Shown here: positions 44,374 to 55,778 of the stretch, piece by piece
How positions within the stretch are numbered: the stretch's first letter is position 1
Layout: each line of letters begins with the position of its first letter
NCBI GenBank assembly: GCA_025594325.1
Contig: JANHCV010000010.1
Location: 62,001 to 126,000, forward strand
Reading direction: 5' to 3'
Origin: Blastocladiella emersonii ATCC 22665
Taxonomy: Eukaryota; Fungi; Blastocladiomycota
DNA length: 64,000 bases
Made by a program: the position numbers and the translations under genes
Notes under the pieces: model-generated
What the model saw: the letters and a program-made list of their open reading frames with translations, nothing else
Databases searched by the model: none
What the model was told of the DNA's origin: nothing

Positions 44374-46318
44374 TCAGTCCCACAACTTGATGGTCCCGTC
44401 CCACGAGCACGTCAGCACCTTGCTCGTCTCGTGCGGGTGCCACACGCAGCTCATGACCACCTTGTCGTGCGCCTTGAACTTCCTACAGAGCAGCGAGCGG
44501 GCACACGGTGAGCGATCATCACGGCACGCAGAGTCAGAGCGTGAGACAACGTACTTGACCAGCTTGCTCGTCTTGAAATCCCAAAAGTTCATGCTGCCCG
44601 TCGAGTCGCCGCTCATCAGGTACTGGCCGTCGGCCGAGAACCCGACCTGGCACGCGTACCCGGCCACGAGGTGCCCGCGGAACACCTTCTTGCGGTTGAG
44701 CCGGAACTTGTCCGTGGCCGCGTACAGGTACACCTGGTTGTCGAGCGACTGGCACGCGAGCCACTTCTCTACGGGTGCGACGAGGAGGTCAGTGACTTCA
44801 CGCACACTCGCAGCGAGACCAAAACGAACGTACTGTTGGGCGACAGCGTGACGGCGGGCATGCTGTGCATGTCGGGCTCGGCGACGTACTTGATGACGAC
44901 GGGCACGTCAAACTCCCACGCGCGCAGCGACTTGTCGTCGGAAGTGGTGACGAAGCGGCGGTTGTGGTCGACAAAGGTGATGGTGTTGACGGGGCCGAGG
45001 TGCTGGTCGTACTCCTGGATGACCTCGCCCGAGCGCGCGTCGTACTGGACCACCTTCTTGTCCTGCTGGCCGGCGAGGAAGATGTGCTGCTTCTCCGGGT
45101 GGAACTGCACGCACAGCGGGACCTTGCCCGTGGTGAAGGTCGAGATGCACTTGCCCGTCTCCGTGTCCCACAGCTTGCAGAACTTGTCGAACGACGCCGA
45201 CAGGAACTGGCGGCCGTCGTTGTTGAAGGTCACGTCGCGCACCGCCTTGTTGTGGCCGAGGAAGGTGCGCAGCACGCGGCGGTCGTTGTACACGTCCCAC
45301 AGCTTGACCTTGCCGTCCATGCTCGCCGACAGCACCAGGTGGCCCGTGCCCGGCAGCAGCCGGATCGCGTTGACCCCCGCCGTGTGCCCGCGGTACGTGT
45401 GGATGCACCGCTTGGGCAGGAACGCCGTGGGCGGGTCGCGGTTCGGCGACAGGTCGACGCCGTCCACCGTCGGTGGGTGCATGTACGTGCGGCCCTGGTA
45501 GTCGGTCTCGGTGCCCGGCTTGCCGTGGAAGATGGACCGCTCCGCGCCGGGCGTGATGAGCCGCGACTTGGGGTTGGCCGACGGCACCAGCGCCGTCGCA
45601 GAGTCGTCAACGGTCCAGTCGCCCGCCACGGCCGAAGGATCGTCCTCGTCGTCGCCGCCGTACCGCATCGCGGCCTCGACGTCGAGCTCCTCGTCCTCCC
45701 CCTCGGCCCCGTCGCCGCGCGGTCGCAGCGTCATGTCGTCGTCGTCCACGAACCCGGCCCACGGGCCCTGGTACGCGTCGTCGCCCTCGACGGCCGCGAC
45801 GTTGCCCGCGGCCTTGCGCTTGCGCTTCACGGTGCGCCGTGTCGCGGCATCCTCGTCGTCGTCGATGAAGTGCAGCCCGCTCGCCGTCGCCTTGCCCGCA
45901 TTCGCCTTCCCGCGCACGGCCGCGTTGTTGAACCGGCGCAGCTGCGTGTTGAAGTCGGTGGCGCCGATGGCGAACAGCTCGGCGTTCCCAATGCGGCCGT
46001 TCTGCACGTCAATCGACTCGGCGAGCGGGTTCGCAGGCCCGACGACGGGCAGCGCGAGCGCATCGTACGGCACGTTGTGCGTGATCTCGCGCGACGTCTG
46101 GTCCTGCAGGTTGTACAGCGCTACAGAGGACTGGGAGTGGATGTGGGTGAGCTCAAGGGATCGCCGAAGCCGGGCGGGGGTGAGCGCGAGACGGAACTCA
46201 CCTCGATGCCGACGTCGGGCGCGGACGAGACGGCGGCGAGCTTGATCTTCTTGTTGCTGGGAGTCTCGACGTCCGAGCCCTCCGAGTCAGATGCATAGTG
46301 CGCGAGAAGCGACGACAT
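44374..46318 (-). CDS. CDC40: Pre-mRNA splicing factor CDC40/PRP17 (WD40)
   Basis: LPKRCIHTYRGH, SASMDGKVKLWDVY, YDQHLGPVN, EPDMHSMPAV, KWLACQSLDNQ, FRGHLVAGYAC, CSWDGTIKLWD*; three introns (first acceptor ambiguous). Confidence 0.95.
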
Positions 46319-46571
46319 GGCAGTGCGTATGAATCACGTGTGGGGAGCGGCGACTGCTTCGCGGCGGCCGCGCCGAGTTGAGGCACGTTGACCGCGGCCT
46401 CAGCGGGTCGCGAGAGGGGCACAGCAGCAGCAGCGAGATCAGTGGGGGTCCCATTTCATATATAACATCGAGGGGGAAGTAAGCAGCAGAGGGGGGTGGA
46501 TGGGGAGAAATCAAGACCAACAGGGGGGGAGCAGGGCTCGGCACGGACGTGTCGACGACGACGTGGCCGAC

Positions 46572-46781
46572 TTACTGCGACCGGACCGTCTTGGGGTGGC
46601 CGTAGTACTCGTGCAGCTCCTTCTGCTTGGCGTTGGAGTAGCGCCACAGCAGCGACACGGTGATGACGAGGCCGCCGGCCGCGACCAGCGTGTTGTTGGC
46701 CCAGTTCTTGGGCTGGCTCCACCAGCCGCCGGTCGGCGAGTACACCCAGCGCGGGTACGGGGTACGGGGAGTGGCGCCCAT
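46572..46781 (-). CDS. Fungal mitochondrial complex I small subunit (NUUM-like)
   Basis: PYPRWVYSPTGGWWSQPKNWANNT followed by a single TM, matching the fungal NUUM-type motif. Confidence 0.78.
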   Translation of the reverse strand: MGATPRTPYPRWVYSPTGGWWSQPKNWANNTLVAAGGLVITVSLLWRYSNAKQKELHEYYGHPKTVRSQ

Positions 46782-47227
46782 GGTTACGTGATGGTTGAGG
46801 TGGATCGAGGAGGGCTAGACGCGGTTGTTGCGGGAGGGAGTGCCCAGAGCGTTAGTTGATGGGCCTGGGCGGGGCGGCAGCAGCCGCGGGTCGTGCATGC
46901 GCCCGGCCACACGCATGTCCATGGTGAGGGTCGTGGATCGATGAGGAGAGGTCCATGGTCCTGCCTCGGCGCGCAGAGAGGCTATTTCACATCGTCGATC
47001 CGCAGGACGCGGTGCATGGCTTCATGGCGTGGCCGGGCGCGGCGAGTCGTTGCATCATGTGTATACCTCGCCAGAGGAGTCGCTGAGGTCGGTCGGGGTC
47101 CCGCTGTCGTGGTGGAGCGCAGCGGCAGCAAAACGCTCGGCCGATGGAGATTGAAGCGCAGCCGATGCTCATGTGATGCCGAGTGACGCCCCTCCGCCAC
47201 TTTGCCGCGCGCGACGTTGATCCCTCC

Positions 47228-47927
47228 ATGCTCTCTCAACCGCTGCATGGAGGCGAACCACACGTAGCACACGATACCATGACAACCAGCAACGAATCTG
47301 GATCCGCGAGCGCCGGCGGGTGGTCGTTCCGCGCGCCCAAGCCGTCCAAGGTGGAGCGCACCGAGCCGCTGCCCGAGCCGGCCGCGGTCCCCCAGGCGGA
47401 CCCCACGCTGCTCAGCGACCCCGCGGCCGCGCCCGCCGCCGCGCCCGTGACGGACGTGACCAACGCGAGCGTCAAGCAGGTGCACGCGGCCATCTCCGAG
47501 GAGCTGCGCCGCGCGTACGAGCCGTCGCGGGTGCCCGAGATGCGCGACGTGATCATGACCGCGTGCGCCGAGTTCCAGAGCGACATGCTCGAGTGCATCC
47601 ACCGCGGGTCGTTTGTCGAGCGCGCCTCGCTGTGCCAGGCCCAGTCGGTCAAGTTCTGGAAGTGTGCCCAGGACTACAAGGTAACGAGCGGTTGCTGCTG
47701 CCCTCGATGATTGTGCGGTGCTGACGTGATTGTCCCCTCCCCTTGTGTAGTACGTGCTCAAGAAGATGGGCTACCCGCGCAAGGCCGTCACGGACGAGCA
47801 GCGCGTCGTCATGGTGCGCGAGGCCAACTCCATTGTTAAGAAGGCATGGGAGATGGAGGGCGAGACCGAGGTCCTGAACAAGTTCTTCCCCGTCCGCGTC
47901 GCTGTGCCAAAAGACCCTCCCTCGTGA
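47228..47927 (+). CDS. Twin CX9C (CHCH) mitochondrial intermembrane-space protein; start 47228 or 47279
   Basis: CAEFQSDMLEC-x12-CQAQSVKFWKC; intron 47681-47750 with CTGAC branch; exon 2 YVLKKMGYP...; TGA 47927. Confidence 0.72.
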
Positions 47928-49502
47928 ATAATTGCCTAGAAACCTTGTATACAATAGTTTTAATCTCAGCCGTTTGGGAGCGAGTTGAACAAGTGACAGA
48001 ACAAGTGAGAGCGCGAGGCGCGTCGCAACAGGTCACTTGATCCCACGCCACTCGAAAATGCAATGCTCACTCCACACGCCGCGAAATAAAGGTTGCTCAA
48101 GGCCGCCTTCGCCATGTCCCCAACCCCCATCGTGCCAGAACTGCTATCCGAGACATACACGCCGACGCCCCGTGCGTCCCCGACTTTCACGCTCCGCCTC
48201 CTCGCGGGTCGCGAGCGCGCTGGTCGATCCATGCTCGGGGGAAAGTCCTCGGACCCTACCACTCTTTGGCAAGCTGTGCGCGTCGTGTGCGTCAAGTTCG
48301 ACCTTCCCTGTACCTCGGTACCTCCCGCCGTCCTCTGCCCGCCACGGGCCCGCTGTGTACTCTGGCCTCGCGCAACCGCTCCGCCGTGTCCTGCCCCGTT
48401 CCACACCAGCCCTCGCTCTCCGAAGATACGAGGCGAGCGAGGGTGGCGCGGGCGCAGGCGCGGCGGTGTCGGCGGCGCTTGGTCGGGCAGCGGTGTGCGC
48501 TCGCGCTTCTCCCGTGGAGGCTGTCGAGGGTCGCGTGCGGGGGAGCGGAGTCGTTCCAGTCGTCATCTCGCTTCTCAGTCACAGGTATGCAGTTGCCCGC
48601 CGTGCGCGATCCTTGCGGTCGCGGGCGGCGGGTTCCACGACGAGGCTCACTCGGCACGCATGGGGTCCCCCTCCTTCCACACACTTGCTACTCTTATGTG
48701 TCCGAGCGCGGCTGACGATGATGCTTAAAGGAATTTCTTCACCTGAAAGAAAATGAAGATCAAAATATTGAGCTTTTTAACCCTGAGTTCGTCGCGCAAA
48801 ACACTTCCTGGCGCTCGCCCGCCATATGTTGCTACTTTTATGACGAGGACCGGGTGCCTCGCCCCTTAAGCAGTTGATCTACGGGTTGATGGTCGAGCGT
48901 TTCCGCGCTGCAAACTGCATCGTTCGAGACGTTGGGTCGACGAGCCTGACCAAGTTGACGTCACCGTGCGCGCCGTTGGCGAAACGCTTGGCTGGATGAT
49001 CTGGCACCGTCGCACAGGAGCCGGTGCTGGACGACGCGTACCCAGCATCAGCGCCAGGATCTGAGCGATGCGCGGCCGCCGGCTAGCACTCGAACAAAGC
49101 AAGTTTGGGCGGGTCGGTGAGGCGCATCATGCGCCTGCCGCAAGTCGCCTTCTGCTGTCCGTGTGTTGCTCCTCACCAGCTCCTTCTCCCATGACCCAAC
49201 GTAACAAATGAAGTTGAAGACTATATGCAACGAGCACACCATGCAACCATGGACTCGCGACGCGGCGAACTGCGATGGCCAACACTGACTGCGGCGCTTT
49301 GAGTTGGTGCGCCGGCCATGAGCATGCGATCTGAACGGCAGGCCCGTCAACCACCAGCAGTCTCCCAAACGATCCTTGATGAGGGGCAGTTGTTGGTTTC
49401 CATCGGGTGGCCTCAGGTTCACAGCCGCTGCGGCACGGGCGAGCATACAGACTTGGCATCGCTTCTTCTCAGCTCTCCCTCCCACTTTGTGAATCGTGAA
49501 CA

Positions 49503-50957
49503 ATGAAGCCAATGGATCTTGAACTTCCCAAACTACCGGACACGGTCGTCGATCATGTGTTGTGCTTTGCCGTTCGGACGCACGACCCCGATGACTTTGA
49601 CACAATGCGGCAGTACAGTCACGTTTTGCCTCGCGACCGCGCTCCGTGCATCCACCGCGCGATCCAGCAGCACGCCACGTCCATCTCCATGGACGAGGCC
49701 AGCGCGACGGGGCGCCTCAACGTCCTTGACGCCTGGCGCCGGTCCGGTCGGCCGCTCGAGTACTCGACCCGCGCGATCACGGATGCGGCGAGCACTTACG
49801 AGACGCTTGATTGGTGGCGCCAGTCCGGCCTTCCGTTGCCCAAGTGCGAGGTCAGGTACAAGGTCCAGGTGCACTTTAACGGCGTGTGCACCGAGGGTCG
49901 ATACCAGCAATTTGTACGTTTTCGCTGCAGCTGGCGCGATGGTTTTCTGACCGCGAGACTGCTTCAAACTTAGGATTCGAACGCGGGGCGAAGCCGCCTG
50001 GCGACGCCTATCTCCTTTCGCTTCTCCCCGACGTGCGTGACGGAACAATGGACTCAGTTTGCTGCACCGCTATGCGCATCACCGAGCTCGGCGCGTCGGC
50101 ACTCACGGACGCCATGGTCGCACCAGGTGCCAACGTTACTTCTCTTGATTTACGGTGCTGCGACCTCACGTTTGCCACGCTGCGGGCGCTTCGCCTGCCC
50201 GACTCGGTCACCGAACTCGAGCTGATGAATAACTGGATCGGCGTGGGTGCCTCCAGCGCGATCGACGGTCCTTTGCCGTTTCCTTCTCGGCTCGAACTTC
50301 TCTGTCTCAAAGGGAACAGCCTTGGCAGTTTGTTGGACGCGACAGCCTTGTTTGGTTTCGTGCCGCCAACGCTCCTCACGCTCCGGCTCATCGACGTCCC
50401 AATCTCCAATCTCGCTTGACTTGACTCGTGCGCTTGCCCAAAACTTCCCGCCCGTGCTCGAACAACTGGCGCTTGTTCGCTGCTGGTTCGGCACGGAAAG
50501 TTTGGCCACCCTTGCTCCGCAATTTGCAGCATGCCTCAAAAGCCTGATGATCCAGAGCAACGATATCACGACGGACGGAGCAGTCCTTCTCGCCGACCAT
50601 CTGCCGCCGCATCTCGAAGAGCTTGCCCTCAGTTGCAACCCAATTTTTGATCAAGGTCTTGTTGCGCTGTCGGACCGCCTGCCGCCCACACTGCTCACGC
50701 TGTGGCTGCACGACATCGAGGCGACCGACTCGGGCATCATGTACCTGATGGAGCGCATTCCGCCAAAGCTCGAGAGCCTGAGTTTGGGCGGTGCAACTCT
50801 GAGCCGTGCGGGACTCGAGTCCATGTTCGCAAACATTCCGTCGAGCTTGACGTGGCCCTCCCTTGCAGATGCAGCAGATCCCGAGACGCGCCTTCTACCC
50901 GACGTGTCCGAGTTCCTTCCCAACGTGCATGACGGCCTTCAAGTGGACATGGATTGA
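49503..50957 (+). pseudogene. F-box-like + ankyrin-like + RNI-type LRR gene with two frameshifts
   Basis: LPKLPDTVVDHVL; MDEASATGRLNVLDAWRRSG and LDWWRQSGL repeats; LRRs (VTSLDLRCCDL, LEELALSCNPI, LESLSLGGATL) spread over three frame segments with shifts at about 49896 and 50410; lower GC than neighbours. Confidence 0.72.
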
Positions 50958-51675
50958 ACTCAGGGGAAGCGATTTTCAGTCGCTAATATACTTGCAAGGT
51001 TTTCCCGAAGCGCAGCGCATGCTACCGAGGCCGCAGCTTGGAGCTGCGTGAGGCCCAAGACCCTCGCCGCGACGCGTACGTTGAGACGCGTTTCGATATC
51101 ATATGACGGATCGGAGACATTTGGAGACACGGACTTTCACGTCGCACCACGTGCCCTGACCCTCTTGAACGCGTAGAACTGGAGTGGAAGGCGCATCACA
51201 GGTACTATGCGTGTCGTCGATGCAAGTAAAGCGCTCGTCGCGGCGGCGGGGCGAAGCCGCATCGTTCGTCCACGGTCCTTCCAAACTCCAGCTAAATATG
51301 AACATGCACTTCCACGGGAAAAACCCCTGTGACTAGATGTTTCATGATTCGAGGGCATGAACCCATGACGTGCCGACCCCAGAACGCGTCCTAAAAAGGG
51401 ATCGGCAGGGGCTGCCCCTGAACTTCGCGCTCTTTGATGGCCCCTTTGATGGCGGATCGGCGCGACCTCTCCCGCTTCAAAGGAACCACAGCCTCTTTCA
51501 GCACTCCCTGCGTTGCGGAGTCGGTCCTTCGTGACCAGGACTCGCATGAAAATCCGTCAAAGAGAAACGCCCCTTCCAGGCGACGGCGTGGGCAGGGGCG
51601 CCGTCCGCGCGCTTGGACGTGTCGCGGACCTCAGAATTCAGTGATATTGGTCGTGATAGCCCTCGGATGCTGCAG

Positions 51676-51681
51676 TATAAA
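51676..51681 (+). promoter_or_regulatory. TATA box candidate for the UbiA-family gene
   Basis: TATAAA about 90 nt upstream of ATG 51768. Confidence 0.45.
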
Positions 51682-51767
51682 GCGAGTCGTGGTGAGGATG
51701 GTCATCGGCGCGCTCTCAATGATCATCTTAGACTCCCATCAACCCGCGAACCTGATCCGACCACATC

Positions 51768-53363
51768 ATGTCGCTCGCACCCTCATCCAGCTATGATCCG
51801 ACCGACCCGTTCGACGACGCGAGCACCAACACGGGTCTGCGCGGCCGCATGTTCATGCGCCGCCGGTCGACGCTGACGGCCGACAAGCTGGTCCAGTTCA
51901 CGCGGACCAAGACCGCGGCCGGGCGCCGGCGTAGCAGCAGCGCCAGCAACGCGGCCGCCATGGCCGCCGCGGCGGCAGCGGCCGCTGCCGCGTGGGGTCC
52001 GGCGACGTCGGCCCGCGGCCTCGTGCAGCGCGCGCAGTGGCTCGTGCGCGTCCTGTGGCTCTTCACCAAGACGGACATCCACAACCTCGTCCTGCCCGGC
52101 TGCACCATGAACCTCGTCGTCCACTCGCTGTACCCGGTCGCGTCGGCGGCAACCGTGGCGGCGAGCGTGGCCAAGTCGTTCCTGTGGGGCTACCTCGGGC
52201 TGCTCGTCATCGACGTGACGAACCAGCTCATGGGCCAGGCCGAGGACCGCATGAACAAGCCGTTCCGGCCCATTGTCGCCGGCCACATTTCAGTGTCCGC
52301 GGCCATGCGCCTCGCCGTCCTCAGCACCATGGCCTTCATCACCGTCGCGCACTTCCTCGGCGTCCCGCTGTGCGCGCTCTCGTTCGCCGCGGCCACGGCC
52401 ACGTACAACTTTACGGGCGCGGACCGCCACTGGCTCGGCAAGAACCTGTGCAACGCGTGGGGCTACGGGTGCTTCTTCGCCGCCGGCGCGTGGATCGCGG
52501 TCGCCGACGTCGCCGCCGTCGCTGGAACGACCGTCCCGGCGACTACCGGGTACGGCGTGGTCCCCGCGCTGGTCGCGCTGCACGCCGCCACGATCCTCGC
52601 CACCATCACGATCCAGGACCTGCGCGACGTCGACGGCGACCTGCACAGCCGCCGGACGACGCAAAACCTCGCGTGGGGCGAGTGGCGCTCTCGCGTCGTG
52701 ATCGCCGCCGGCATGTTCATCGCGACGGCCGTCGGTGCGACGCGCGTGTGGCCGACGCTCGGGACCGCGGCGCTCCAGCTCGTCAGTGCCTCGACCGTCG
52801 ACCCGATCCTCGCCGCGGCCGCGGCGCCCGTTGTGTGGACCCCGCTCCGCTCGGCATACTACGTCGTGCTCTCGGCGCTCGTCGCCGTCGTCGGGTACCG
52901 CATCCTGCGCGACACGCCGTCGTACGACGTGGTCGCGGACCCCGACGCGCTCGACGTGTACGCCGTGGTCGCCGACGACGACCCGCTCATGGTGTCGCAG
53001 TGGACGGACCTCGAGGCCGCGGCCAAGCGGCTCGGGATCACGGACGCGCCGCCGGCGACGCCGTCAGTGGCCGTGAACGAGGCCAAGCCGGCCGCGGACC
53101 CGCTCAACGACTCGGGCGTCGGGTCGTACGACATCACGTCGCCGAGGACGTCGTATGACGCGTCGTCGCTCGCTGCGCTGTCCGACATCCCGAGCTCGAC
53201 GGGCGAGAGCAACGAGGGGCTCAACATGGAGAACGCGGCGCTCGAGGCGATCCGCGGCCCGCTCGTGCGCAAGCTCAAGCGCGCCCAGTACGAGCGCGAC
53301 GATGTGTCGTTCAAGCTCTACATTGCGTGGCTGTACCTGTACATTTTCACGGCCGTGCTGTAG
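51768..53363 (+). CDS. UbiA-superfamily membrane prenyltransferase / terpene cyclase-like protein
   Basis: Motif I NQLMGQAEDRMNKPFRPIVAG, motif II IQDLRDVDGD, HWLGKNLCN, multiple TM helices; intronless. Confidence 0.9.
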   Translation: MSLAPSSSYDPTDPFDDASTNTGLRGRMFMRRRSTLTADKLVQFTRTKTAAGRRRSSSASNAAAMAAAAAAAAAAWGPATSARGLVQRAQWLVRVLWLFTKTDIHNLVLPGCTMNLVVHSLYPVASAATVAASVAKSFLWGYLGLLVIDVTNQLMGQAEDRMNKPFRPIVAGHISVSAAMRLAVLSTMAFITVAHFLGVPLCALSFAAATATYNFTGADRHWLGKNLCNAWGYGCFFAAGAWIAVADVAAVAGTTVPATTGYGVVPALVALHAATILATITIQDLRDVDGDLHSRRTTQNLAWGEWRSRVVIAAGMFIATAVGATRVWPTLGTAALQLVSASTVDPILAAAAAPVVWTPLRSAYYVVLSALVAVVGYRILRDTPSYDVVADPDALDVYAVVADDDPLMVSQWTDLEAAAKRLGITDAPPATPSVAVNEAKPAADPLNDSGVGSYDITSPRTSYDASSLAALSDIPSSTGESNEGLNMENAALEAIRGPLVRKLKRAQYERDDVSFKLYIAWLYLYIFTAVL

Positions 53364-53466
53364 ACGCGCTGCCGGTGACGTACGGGTGAATACCAGTTGG
53401 ATGTTGGCGCAAGAGCCCTAGTTATTCGAAACCAAATACACAAAAATCGGTCTATAAACACGTCGC

Positions 53467-54872
53467 TTACCAGTCCTCGAGCAACCCGTTCTCGGCCATC
53501 TCGCGAAGCGCGGCCTCCGACTCGGCCGCTACCGCCTCAATGGCGGGGTCGAGCGGCTCCGACTTGACCTTGACGCTCGTCGCGGGAGAGGCGCTGGGCG
53601 GCTCCGACTTCACCTTGACGGCGCTGCCGCTCGGTGGCTCGGACTTGACCTTGGGCGACGTTATCGTAGCGGCGAGCGGTTCGGACTTGACCTTGGGAGC
53701 CGCGCCAGCAGAAGCAGACTCGCCGCCGTCCTCGCCGTTGCGGTCCTCGTCGTCGCTGATGGGCTCGTCCTCGATCGACAGGCGGCTCCAGTCGATGGGG
53801 TCGCGGTCGTGGGCCTCGAGGTACGTGTTGGCCTGGGAGAAGGGCTTGCTGCCGAAGAAGCCGCGGTGCGCGGCGAGCGGACTCGGGTGCGGCGCCTGCA
53901 GGACGCAGTGCTTGGACTTGTTGATCTTGGCGCCCTTGACCTGCGCGGGCTTGCCTAAAGACGAGGAGGGTCGTAAAGGGTGAGTGAGCGGTCGGCGGGA
54001 ATGACGCGCATCCGGAACAACGTACCCCACAGGATGAAGACCACGTTTTCGGCCTCTTCGTTGACCTTGGCGACCACGGCGTCGGTGAAGGTCTCCCAGC
54101 CCTTCTTGGCGTGCGAGTTGGCGTTGGCCTGGCGCACCGTGAGCACCGAGTTGAGCATCAGCACGCCCTGGCGCGCCCAGCCCATGAGGTAGCCGTGGTT
54201 GGGCCGCGGCACGCCGACGTCGGCCTCGAGCTCCTTGTAGATGTTGACGAGCGACGGCGGTGGCGGGACGCCCGGGCGCACCGAGAAGCACAGGCCGTGG
54301 GCCTGGTTCGGCCCGTGGTACGGGTCCTGGCCGAGGATCACGGCGCGGATCTTGCCGAACGGGATGCGCGCCCAGCTGTACACGTCGTCGGGCGGCGGGA
54401 ACACGCGCTGCCCGCTGGCCAGCTCGGCGTCGAGGAACTCCTTGAGCTTCTTGAAGTAGGGCTTCTCGAACTCGGGCGCGAGCCGCCAGTACCACGACGG
54501 GTGCATGTTGGCGCGCTCGAGCGCCAGGTACGCGGGCCCGTCCTCGGGGTTCGACGACGGGTACACTTTGGTGCGCTTGGCGGGCGGGCCGCTGCTGCTC
54601 GAGGAGCTGGACCCGACGCCGGCCGAGGCGGCGGACCGCTTGAGCGCGGGTTTGGCGGTGGTGCCCGCGGGTGGCGCGGATGCCGCCTCGGGCTTGACCG
54701 AGGATGGCCCGGCCGACGCAGCTGCTGCCGCCGCGGCCTGGGCGGCATCGTCGCCACCGTCCGCGTCCGGGTTGGCCCGCTTGAGCCACTCGCTCATGAG
54801 CTTGGGCGGGTCCGGATGCTTCTTCTTGTCCTTCATGTTCGGGTTGGCCGACTTGAGCCAGGCGTTCATCAT
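53467..54872 (-). CDS. UNG1: Uracil-DNA glycosylase (family 1)
   Basis: [44 protein letters not shown]; intron 53955-54025; the true N-terminus may extend further upstream. Confidence 0.97.
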
Positions 54873-55159
54873 TTTGGCGGCTGCTTCTCAGTTTCCGATA
54901 GTTGCAGCAGGTTTACATGAGATTCCGTCAGAGGAGGGTGCGATGGGAGGGATCTCGAGAGAGAGCCGATCGGCCAGCGGGACTCACACGCCGAACGAAA
55001 ACGCGCCGCGGCGGCCAAGCCTCATCGATCGGCGTGACCGGGAGCCCGATCACGCGCATATGAGCATCGCGTAGTCAGACCGACACCTTCCGGTGCGGCG
55101 ATGCCCAACAAAACGGCTAGGGTCCGGTTAATACAAACTACGTTTACTATTCCAACTCT

Positions 55160-55650
55160 TCACTCGGTAACGATCCCAAACACGTCGAGCACCCGTTCCT
55201 TGGCCTCGCGCATCCGCTTCGCTTTCACCATGCCAGCGAAACTCTTCTTGAACGCTTCAGAGGGCGGAAATACGCGCAGCAGCCGGTACGCGTGATCGTA
55301 TTGGCCGTCAAAGATCGCATGCCGCACCATGGACTCGGATGATTTGCGCGGCACTTTCGCCCCGAAGCTCGCCAGGTCGAAAAGCTTGGCTGAGAGGAGC
55401 TCGACGACCCATGGAATATCAAATGCGGTAGGGAGCACGCACTGCGCCATGACCTGGGGATCGTAGTCGACGAGCATCGTGAAGAGGCGATGGTGCAAGT
55501 GATAGCTCTCCACCGCCGCGTCGGCTTGCAGGGAGATTGGGTTCATGGCTTCGAGCGTATTCCAGTCGAAGAAAGCTCGAATTGAAGCCAAAAATTTTGG
55601 CGGGACCTCGCAGCCGGATAAGGTGAAGCGCTGCGGGCACCAGACGTTGA
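55160..55650 (-). pseudogene. Truncated tandem duplicate of the 3' end of the neighbouring gene
   Basis: LFTMLVDYDP...PWVVEL...AIFDGQYDHAYRLLRVFPPSEAFK aligns with LFTTLVEYDP...PWVLEL...AILDGQYDHACRLMRVFPPSDAFK of ORF 55779-56696; no 5' part, and an in-frame stop lies upstream. Confidence 0.62.
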
Positions 55651-55778
55651 GTGACCTCGAGTTGCGTCACTTGGCGTTCGCTCACATGATATCCGAACGC
55701 GTCTCTCATCAAACGGGTTTCCTTCGAAGCCGAACCGACGCTTCATAAATTCATAACAACCAATCCTCACGCAATCGA

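Noticed and set aside
48777-48790. TTAACCCT as a piggyBac left end
   Set aside because: No matching right end or transposase seen in the window
21664-53363. A 'prenylation cluster' (two CaaX proteins, BET4, UbiA-like enzyme)
   Set aside because: BET4 is the Rab GGTase subunit and does not act on CaaX substrates; the genes are tens of kb apart among unrelated genes
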